DNA of 64,000 nucleotides from Phaeosaccion multiseriatum. Taxonomy: Eukaryota > Protista > Ochrophyta, other classes. Positions 13,719 to 23,728 of the stretch are shown here, piece by piece (position 1 is the stretch's first letter; each line of letters starts with the position of its first letter). Below the pieces are notes generated by a model. That model was not told the DNA's origin and made no database searches. It was given only the letters and a program-made list of their open reading frames with translations. The position numbers and the translations under genes are program-made. The stretch spans positions 3,224,001 to 3,288,000 of the forward strand of contig OZ218955.1 in assembly GCA_965112735.1 (NCBI GenBank), written 5' to 3'.

Positions 13719-15847
13719 CGTGTGTGTGTGCACAGGGCCACAGGGAGGGTGTCAAGCTTAGGTTACTGGCCCTACCCAACCAACACCACTTAATTCTTAA
13801 AGACGATCGGTAGCGGTGAGGTTGGATGCGATGACCAGGCGAGGGAAGCACACCATAACTTCTGATAACTTCATTGACTTACCGACCCCTAGAATGTCGA
13901 GCCCGGCGTGATGTGCCACTGCCATGTAGATCACAGCAAGGCTGATGGGAATGCCCTTCTTGGTCTCGAGCACCTGTCGTCGTACGTACGTAAGTAGTAC
14001 GCCATATAACAAGATCAGCAGTGAGAAGCCAGTGCAAGTGAGAGTGAGTGAAAAAAAGAAAAGAAAGCCACCTACCTACATACGCACGACCATACGCACG
14101 TACGTACGCACGTACATACGTACCTTGTCTATGAAGGAGTTGTTGGGGTTCTTATAGTCCCAAGCGTTGCCCTCTAACATACCGGGGAAGCCGAAAAGTA
14201 CCTTGCTGAGAAGCATCACACGCTCGAAGGTCGGCAAGGGGCCCTCGATGCCTGCCAGAGAAGCGTAGGTCGGGGGTGAACGGAGGAAGAGGGGTATGGG
14301 TAGGGAAGGGGTAACGTACCGGTGAGCGGGGACACAGAGAAGGGGCAAGTGGAAGAGAAAAAGGTGGTGGTGGTGGTGGTGGAGAAGGAGGGGTGGTGGT
14401 GGGGGGGAGGGGGAGGAGGAGGAGGGGAGGACGGGGGGCGGGATGGGGGAGGAGGACGGTGGTTGTGGTGGTAGAGGAGGGAGGAGGAGGAGAAGAAGAA
14501 GAAGAAGGAGAAGAAGAACAAGAAGGAGGAGGAGAAGAAGAAGAAGAAGATGAGGAAGAAGAAGAAGAATAACAGGGAGAAGAAGGAGGAGGAGGACAAA
14601 GACTACCCAAGCATACTCTGTATCTCTGTCATTCTCAAGACAGATCCCCCTCCCATATCCTCTGAGAAGGCGCAGACTCTCTCGCCCCCCCCCATCTTTC
14701 CCTCTCTGTCTTGCTCTCTCCCCTCTCCACCTCGATTCCCCCTACGCCTTATCCGTGTCTCCTTTCCACTCACCTCGCTCGGCGCTGTACGCGTCCCACT
14801 CCTCTGTCACGGCGAGACCCAAATCCTCAACCTGGCGCCGGATCTTCGCCTCTACGCACTCCTCCACCGACGATGTCTGAGATACCTGGCCACCCCTCCT
14901 TCTCCGCCTGCTGCTTCTGCTGCTGCTATCGCTGCTACTATCGCTGCTGCTCACGCTGCCCTCCTTCTTCTCCTTACTCAAACCAACGGCGCTGCTCGTG
15001 CCCCTCCTGCGGCGAATGGAGGCGGGATTGGCAATCTGAGCGATGAGCACCGCGCCGTCTAGTGCTTGGGCAGACTTTTCCCGCTGCTCGCGGTCTTCAT
15101 GCCAGTCTGGAAACGAATATTTCAAGTATTCAGATGGCCGCGTGGGAAGGGGTGAAAAAAGTACGTCAAGAAAGGGTTGTGTCTGTTACAGGATAAAGAG
15201 AGAGAGGGTGGGGTATACACAAGGTCTCACATTCTTTCATCCCTCTCTCCCCTCCCCCCCCCCCTCCCTCTCTTTCCTTTACCACAGCGGTAAGCACCAC
15301 GATCACCAGGCATTGGCGTACCTTTGACAAGCGTCGCCGCATGCGCGATCCTGTTTACCGTGGGCATCATGGCAAAAGCCAAGTCCAGCTGGTCGTCCAC
15401 GCTCCAATCGCCCCCTGCCCCCCTTGCCCTCCCCCCCTGCGTGCCCTCATCTTCTCCTGCGTTGGTGCCGTTGAGCTCGCTGATCTGCCCTCGAAACACG
15501 CGGCGACACAGCTCCACAGGCTGATGAGTTAGCCAGATCAAAGCCTGCAGCGAGCAACAGAAGCGGGGAAATATGTGGCATACAAAGGACAGAGGAGGGT
15601 AAGGTAAGCCTTAGGGTGCGAGTGAAGTAATGCCCATCGCGCGGGCGCAGGGCTGTACTGTGTATTTGAGAGAAAAGTTGAGTCATACCTTAAAACGGAC
15701 GTGGGTCTGGGTGGGCAATGCTTGGGCCACTCTTTGCGCAATGTGCGTGGTGAGTCTCCTACCGAAGGGCGAGCCTGTGGAAGCCTCTTCCGCACTCTGG
15801 GCAGCGCGGTAGTACACGCGGTAAAGGGCCCTCACTAAGGAAGGCAT
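11817..15847 (-). CDS. SirB1 / transglutaminase-like (Transglut_core2) family protein with long low-complexity insertions
   Basis: Exons 15847-15689, 15544-15322, 15106-14774, 14251-14124, 13973-13883 and 13579 onward give [14 protein letters not shown]...[36 protein letters not shown]...[10 protein letters not shown]...[12 protein letters not shown]...[10 protein letters not shown], the SirB1 signature. Start codon and last intron are uncertain. Confidence 0.85.
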
Positions 15848-16029
15848 GGCACATTGAAAACACTGGGTGAGTCCAGAAGACAAGAAAGGAGGATAATCAA
15901 AGGGGAGGGGAGGAGGGGGGTGAAAGGCACTTACCAAGTCTCTTGGTCGAGCTCATCCCGCTTTTGTGCTACTGTAGCATGGCCCCGCGGGAAGAGCATA
16001 TATGGCCCCGCGGGATGGAAGATCGTCAA

Positions 16030-16068
16030 ACTTAAGGGTGTAAAGCATATTGCTTTACACCCTTAAGT
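16030..16068. other. Perfect 18-bp-stem hairpin with a 3-nt loop
   Basis: ACTTAAGGGTGTAAAGCA-TAT-TGCTTTACACCCTTAAGT. Confidence 0.9.
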
Positions 16069-16843
16069 GCCATCTATGGTTGTCTAAAAGTAATGTCTCA
16101 CGGATGAGTTTGCATGTTGGTGCTCCAAAAATGGAGGAATATCTTCACATAGCAAATAGAAAGAGATACAGCTATCCCCAATGCGCCACTCCTGTGGATC
16201 CCCCGTGCGTCTGGCTCCTTACTTCTCGGTTGCTGCTGCTCCCGCGTCTCTGACTTCTACCTCTTCTCATATCGTACTCTTCCTGCGACGGGAGTGACCA
16301 TGGCAGCTGGATTAGCATACGGCCTGCTGTGAGGAGGAGGGCACATCGGAGGGGTGGGTCATCTAGCCTGTCGACCCTGCTGAGAACGACATTAACACCA
16401 GCGGGGACGAGGATGACGAGGAGGATGACGTGGGGGGACGAAGGGGACTGGTTGATAGCAGATCGTGTGGGAACAGCATTTCCTCACCCTCTCTTCCACT
16501 TGCAGTAGCACCAGCAGTTGGTACAGTCGCAGCGCCAGCACCGGCCCTAGCACCAGAAGACGTCCACGCTGCAGCAGCCTCAGTCGAGGATGACAAGGGT
16601 GAAGAGCTGCTGGCGCAGGTGAGGGCAGCCTCAGGGGGGCGAAAAGGGGGATGAAGAGCTGCTGGCAAAGGCGAGGGCAGATGTTGACAGCGCGGAATGG
16701 GTCACGCGGCAGTGGAACAGACGTGTCCATTTCCGTGCGCTCCGTCTGCAGCAGTGGAATGGGGACGACGACGGGCGCGTCGCGTTACAGCAAAGCCTCA
16801 CCCAGGCTCAGTGCAGCTCACAATAAGCTGAAAGGGCCCATCA

Positions 16844-17247
16844 GTGTATCTGGCCCTATCTATCTCTCCAGTCGTCGCCGAGTGGAATGGTAGTGCTAGT
16901 GGCCAATCGGCCAGCAGGACTCGGAAGGAGTTTCCCCTGAGACTCAGTTGGGCGTGGGCGGTGTGGAAGGCGCAGGGTCAGACCATGAAGGGAAAGGTGG
17001 TGCTCGTTCCGGGCACACAGGAGAAGACGACTGGCCTCACCTACGTGGCGCCATCTCCAGAGCCACCAACATCGACTGTATTGGCATCTACGGGGGTCTC
17101 ACAGAGGAGCGGCTCCGAGTTGTTATTGGTGGGAAGGCGTTAGACAAGAGGAAGACAGAGGAGCAGCGGCTTCGGGGGCTTCAGGAGCGGACGCTTGGGA
17201 GGGTCAGAGGGAGGAGGGTAGTGCAACCAGTTGTGCGACCAGGGTAG
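16844..17247 (+). pseudogene. Frameshifted C-terminal fragment of a PIF1-family helicase (Helitron-like relic)
   Basis: TRKEFPLRLSWAWAVWKAQGQTMKGKVVL...GLTYVA matches PIF1 helicase motifs V/VI (QFPLRLAWAxTxHKSQGxT...GxxYVALSR). It continues as AISRATNID in another frame after an apparent 2-nt insertion near 17049. Confidence 0.8.
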
Positions 17248-17400
17248 CAGGGTAGTGAGTGTGAGAGGGAGGTGTGTGTGTGTGGGTGTCTGTGCGTATG
17301 TGTGTGTGTGTCAGGCTCTGTATGTATGTGTGTGTGAGGAAGGAGGGTAGTGCAACCAGTGGTGCAACCAGGGTAGGAGGGTAGCAAGTGTGAGAGAGGA
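17208..17400. repeat. Diverged two-copy tandem repeat (unit about 128 bp)
   Basis: GGAGGGTAGTGCAACCAGT(T/G)GTGC(G/A)ACCAGGGTAG occurs at ~17213 and ~17342. Confidence 0.75.
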
Positions 17401-17653
17401 TGCGTGTGAGTGTCTGTGCGTCTGTGTGTGTCTCGGTATGTGTGTCTCGGTACATATGCGTGCGCGTAAATAAATAACTGTCAATGCAAAGCGGAAATTC
17501 CAACTCAACGATTGATTGGGGGACAGCCGCCAACCCAGCACCTCAACCATAGCAGCCAACCCAACACCCTCCATCCGTCTGAGTTCGAAAGTTTTGCCCG
17601 GCAGGGTAGTCGTGGGAGAGAGAAAGAACTGAGGTATTTCTCTCACTCGGGTG

Positions 17654-18065
17654 ATCCCTAACCACTTTAAAACTCCCCTCTAAAACCCTCTCCAGAGGGT
17701 TTTATTTTTCCCGACGGCGGTATGAGCGCATTTCCTGTCACCACCACGGGAGATTCATATGAGAGATAGAGCTAAGACTCCTCTATCTCTCACTGTAAGC
17801 CCCGCCCTTGGTTGCCGCGGAGGCGTCAGAAACGAGGCGACAAAAAAATGGGTTTTGGCAGATTTTCGACACTGCGTATCATACGCTAGTGATAGCGTTA
17901 CCAATGGGGCTGACAGTCAGAGATAGAGGAGACTCTTATCTACCTCCCTCTGCCATCTTACGTGCCATCGACGTAAAATGCGCTCCTACTCCCGTCGGGT
18001 AAAACCCTCTGGTCGACTCTGGAGAGGGTTTTTTAGAGGGGGTTTTTTAAAAAGTGGTTCGGGAT
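17654..18065. mobile_element. Foldback / MITE-like element with long imperfect terminal inverted repeats
   Basis: ATCCCTAACCACTTTAAAACTCCCCTCTAAAACCCTCTCCAGAG...CCCGACGGCGGTATGAGCGCATTT pairs with 17976-18065. The inner arm 17773-17803 pairs with 17906-17938. No ORF; no clear target-site duplication. Confidence 0.75.
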
Positions 18066-18114
18066 ATTTTTTTTTTCATTATTTTTTTAGAACACTGGTG
18101 CAAGCAACACAAAA

Positions 18115-21100
18115 ATGGAGCCTCTGCGTCGCGCATCACTGACGCTGCTGTCAGTGTTGGCGTTGAGACAGATCGTTACAGTTCAAGCCCAACAAGAAGT
18201 TCAAGGTAAGCAGGCAGGCAGGCAGCCAGGCGCGCCTTGCAGCTGTTGAGCTTTTGAAGAACGCAACAACTCAGTCCCACAGAACAATGCAGCTGGCTGT
18301 AGCCGGAGGGATAGCATACTCCTCCATTTGCTGCCAGTACTGTTTATAGATATATAGATATTATATATATATAAAAATAGGTGTTGATACTCGAGCTGGT
18401 TAAGATTTTCTACTCTTGTTCGCTTGCGACCACGAACGGCTTTAACCTCGCACATGCTGAGTCAACCCTAACCCCTTTTTTCTGCTCTCGTGCTCTGCCG
18501 TGGCTCTCTCTCTTTCTTGGTGTTATCCTTCCATCCTCCTCTCCTTTCTACGGTTCTGGCTGCCACTGGTGGGCGTAATATCTCCAACAATGCATGGCTT
18601 GTTGTCACGGGCCGCCAGACTTTGCTGGACTCTGTGGTCTGGCAGGAGGAAGAACCGGAACAGACGACACGTGCTCCGACTGCACCTCCGCCGTCGCTTG
18701 CTTCGGCGTAGATTATCCTAACGTTGCACCGTGTAAGGTGCGTCCGAGCACATCCTTCTTCTTGGAGGGACTGCTGTCTTCCCCTTTTCCCCTTCCTTCT
18801 CATCGTTAGCTACTAGCTGCTGGTCTTGATGTTCCTGGTCGGTGCTTCTTCAGGGCAGTGAAGAGCGGCGGCTTGCTTGGCTGTGCGTGAGAAGAGGGAG
18901 GTACAAGGGGCAGTGCGTGGCATGACTACCTGCGTGGTTCCTCTGTGTGCTCTCCTCGCTCTGCCCCATTTGTTGCTGCTGCTCTCATTGCCCTTGCACG
19001 GGCTCCTCCGGCCGGCTCCACTCTGTACCACTCTCCCCCCCTTCCTACCGCTGCTGTTCCTTAACTTCCATGCATGGCGCATTTATCTCTCTCTTGTTGT
19101 CTGGTGGGGCCCTCGCTCGTCCCCCTTCTCCCCCACACTCGTACTGTTGGGACTGGCTGGGCAACCTCCGTGTCCCCCTTCCTTCGTCGGTGGCTGGCGC
19201 TGCGAACTTGAACAACGCCTCGCGTCCTCGTGACTCTCCCAGTCGAAGACATTTAACGTAAGCATCAGCCAAACCCCTCACGATACCTTGCCTGTCACTC
19301 TCGCTCTGGTACTGGCTGCGCTTGTGAAATATCGCTTGGCCTGCCTGTGGTCTACCTGTCGCTAGCCTGTCAGTAGGCTGTAAGTAGCACTGCTCAGTGC
19401 CTTGCTTTGGCAAACACAGAACTCCTCTAACGTGTTCACTCCATCATGACCATCCCTGTGGTGCTGCTGCTTTTCGCTCGTCTTGAAGAACTGCCAAGTG
19501 GTGTGCACTCGCTTCGGCGCGTGCGAGGTGAGTCGGTGACGTGAGGCGCTTTCCCGCTCTCGTCCCGCCCATCCAAAGAGCACTACTACTACTACTGGCC
19601 TGTTCTTGGATCTGGGGGGCGGCGGGTGGGGTGACGAGTAATGGATCAGCCCTTAACTCCCCCGAGATGTTGGTGCTGCTCGACTCGTGTGTGGGCCGTC
19701 CCGTTCCCTCGTTCGTCTTCATTGTTGTCTGCTCCAGGCTTCCTTGCTAGTTCTCTTTGTGCCTTGTACTCATCCCCCTCCCCTCCGTATGCGTCGCACC
19801 ACGCCATTGTGCTCTTCGCCTGCACATCGCAGGAGGCATCCTTCAGCGGCGCCTCAAGTGTGACGTGCGCTGGAAGGGCTTCGTGCTTTGTAAGTGTCGA
19901 TCTCTCTGGCTTGAGCGAAGTACCGAAAAATTACCAGCTGCTACTATGCGCAATGGCTATTAGTAGCTCGGTTTTCTATCATCCTGAGCTTAGCACATAT
20001 CTCCCCGGCTACAGGTTCATTACCGCCTGCTCTTGGATCTCAGTGGGATGGGAGACGAAGTCTGGAAAAGCGCTAACTCCCACTGAGATCCTCTCGTTGC
20101 TCGACCCTTGCGTGGGTCGTCCCGTTCCCTCGTTCTCCACGGTTTGCGCTTGCGTTCTTCACGCAAGGCTTCCTCAGCTCCCTCTGTGTGCTTTACCTCC
20201 CAATGTGAGCTGATTGGCCTTAGCTACTTGACCTCATCGCCCCTCCTCGCCCTCTGTATGCGTCGCAATACCCCGTTGTACTCTTTCCCTGCACATCACA
20301 GAAAGCGAACTTCTTCGACACCTCAAGTGCGGCATGTGATGGGCCCTATTCGTGTAATGTAAGTGTCGCTCTCTTAAGCAAAGTAGTGCCTACGCTTGCA
20401 TGTTCCCAGCACCGCCCCACCCTCTCGCTGGCTTCCTATTCCATCTTTCGCCGTGGCCCTCCCTCGTCGTGCCTTGACACCCTCGCCACACCCACCTGTG
20501 ACCTCTACAGGACGTTAAACTTGCAGGCACCTCCACAGCAACGTGCGAATACAATTCGGATTTGGACGAGCATTGCCCTGGCCTCCAGGTTCGTGCGGCA
20601 AGCAGGGGATGAGGGTTTGACGAGTCTTCTTTGGGACGCCCAAGTGGGGCAACGGGGTGCCGCCGTGACGTGTGACTGTCCTAATGGTTGCGGTGTTATG
20701 ATACCTGCGCTTAGCTCCAGCAACTTCTACCCTCCCTCTCTGCATTGGCTGGTGAATCCAATTTTCAGGCTTTGAGTGACACGGCGTGCTGCTCTGGAAA
20801 CGAGTGGTAAGTCGTCATGGGTCTCAAGCGGCGCTGCAGTATGTGGTCATTTGTTCCTAGGCACGCTCACTTCCATCATTCTCACGCTGCACGGTACTCA
20901 GCGCTTGTTTGTCTGCCTTCCCGCCCACTGAGCCTGCTGCACTTTAATACCCTTTTTTTCTCCCCCCCCCCTCCCCTCCCTCTTCGACTCGACCTACTCG
21001 ACACGAGCGAAGCCCATGGGGAACTGAATGCGGTGAGGACGATCCAGCGTGGTCCCGAGTCGTTGGTTCGAAGGTTGGATACACCAGACTGCTTTCTATT

Positions 21101-23642
21101 TGCCAGGCCCATTTCTGTTCTGGAAAGTTCACAGAAGCGCGTCTTACTCTCCGCCCCCCGCTTTTTGACCTTCTTACTGTGGTGCTGCCCCCCCCTCTGT
21201 CGCTTTTGGTCGTCGTTGTCATGCTCCACAGAAGCTGACGGGAGTGTCGATGCTCCGGGATGCACGGGTGGCTTTGACCGCACCTCGAGGACGTGCACGT
21301 GCGCTTCGAATACAGACCCCGCCGTAGTAGCTTGTAGTACCCGCAATCGTTGCTTGGTACGTTAGGAGCATCGTTGCATTACCGTCCATTTGGCTCTTCT
21401 TGCTCGTGGGCTGTCGGGCCATGGCTGTGTCCAGCTGCGCCGCCCCCCGTTTGCCTTCTCCAGCGCGAGCGTGGCTATTGACTATGCCGGCTTCTTCGAA
21501 GAAACAGTAGTCGAGATGCTCCCCGTGACTCACTCTGTCCTCACCCCCCCCCCCACCCCCCCCCACGTTACTGCCTGTGCCCGTTGCATCTTTTGCAACC
21601 TCGATGCCGTGCCCGTTGTCTCTCGTGTGGACTGATTCCTCGCTCTACGCTCATGTGGCTGTTTCAGGAAACCACCTTTAAGGTAGTAGAGCTTTGTCCT
21701 GAAAGGGGAAGGGGTTTTACGAAAGAGCCCTTCGCTTTCGTGCTTGATGAACAGTGTAATTTGTTGCCTTTCGCTCGGGTGTGCTCTTGTGCGGAGTGAG
21801 GTGGTTGGATTAGTCGGTGCCATCGCTCTGCTTTGTCTACTAGGCTCAGTACGTGTCCTTTGCTTCAAGACTCATCGACCTCACGCCAGAGCTATTGCTT
21901 GCTGCTTCTTGCTTGGTCGTCTTGCAGGACTGCGAGGTGGATTGCAGCGGCAGTACTGCGTGTTTGGTGAGTCATTGACGTGGAGCCTGTTTCATGGCAT
22001 ATAGCTATGCTCTGCCTGTCCTTTTAAAGTCTCCGAATATTTAGCCGAGAGTCTCCCGTGTGGTGGTCCTCCCGTTCTTCCTCCCTTCTCACTAGTACTT
22101 ACAGCCTGGATGGATAAAGCTTCCTCCGTTCTCGTCCCTTTATGCTCCATCTTCCGGTGTGTAAAAAAGTAGCCTAGCCGAACTCTCATCCCGCCCGCCC
22201 CTCCATTTCCTCCCCCCAACCTGTGCTCTTCCCCTGTCCATCGCAGCGCGCATCTTTCCTCGGCACCTCAAGTGTCTCTTGTGAGGGCAGGAAGGCGTGT
22301 TTGGTAAGTGTCCCGTACTTTTCTTGGTATCTGTACATTGTGTGCCTGCACCAAGCGCGGCACCTCCTCCGTGCCATCCTTTTTTGGCCGCCCGAGACTT
22401 GTCACTGGAGGTGCCCTGCCTCCCCTTCTCCCGGCCGGAGGTATTAGTTTTGTGGCTTAGCTACTTGCTTCCCTCAGCCATGCGAAGACCACGATCAGCC
22501 GAGCTGCACCGCGTCCCAGCACGCGTGTGGTTCCTTGCTCCCATGCACAGACTCGTTTTGGCTGGCTGTTGTCTACGCAAGGAGCAAGCAAACGCGCATC
22601 TGGTGCGCTGTCTTGGACATGCTGCACTCCTGCTGGTCGGGCCTCCGAGCGACAGGGTCTTCCTCATGAATCCTCCCCGCCCCCCCCTCATTGCCTGCTT
22701 GGCTGCCTGCCTGCATGCTTTGCTTACCTCCCTCTCCTCATCTGTCTCCGTACAATGCACGGCGACTTTGTCTCGACTTTTTTGTTGTTGTTGCCGCCAC
22801 CAGTACGCCACAGCTTGCCTCTTGCAGAGAGAGGGGGTGGTGGAGGAGGAGGACTGTACGGCGGAGCTGACGTCGTGCCGCGGAGGATTCTTTGAAGGTG
22901 CTTGCCGGGTAAGTCGTTGCTCCAGAACAAGGGTGGGGGGGTGGGGCGTAGGCAAGTCAACAGATGAAGCTCAATCGCCGCCGCTCAGCCAGCGCAACTT
23001 GTCGCAACCTTTGTGCACATTTTGATCCTCACGCGCAAAGCAGCATCGGCTGCGGATGCTGGCTGAGATGAGCTGTCTTTGCGTGCCAAGATGTGGCTGC
23101 TGGCTGACATGGAAAGAAAGAGGGGATGCGGGGGGCGATCGAAGGCACGACGGGAGGGACACTAGAATGAGGAGTCTAACTGGTGTATTTCCCACCCCCG
23201 CGACCCTCCCTCCTCTTGCCTTTTCTGGCCTCGCTGCACCCATCCGTGACCTCTGCAGGGCGTTGAGCTGTACGGGAACTCCCGGGCCACGTGTAGTACG
23301 GAATACTCCTGCACCTACGGGTTACCCGACCACCTTATGGTTCGTGCGCGAGGAGGGGGTGAAAGAGTAAAAAGTCCAGTAACGGGTGTCATTTGACTTA
23401 GACTGAGTGCTTTTTGTTGCGGGAAGGTGATGCCTGCATCGAGCTCCTCTCCTCACTGTTGTACGTTGTCGAATTGCGTATTCTCAGGTCAAGACAACGA
23501 TAGGAACAGCGTGTTGCACTGGAGTCGGGTGGTAAGTCATCAAGCCCGAAGCAAAGCTCGATGCAGTGTGCGCGTGTAGCCCCTCCCCAATGCCCGGCAT
23601 GGTCGTCCCTTGCTGGTCTTTCCCTCCCCTGCTGCGCTCGCC

Positions 23643-23728
<86 letters not shown>

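Noticed and set aside
22478-22530. Extra micro-exon PCEDHDQPSCTASQHAC
   Set aside because: It has a good acceptor, but the donor is weak and phase 1, which does not fit the simplest phase-0 chain. It could pair with the alternative acceptor at 22813, so it is left unresolved.
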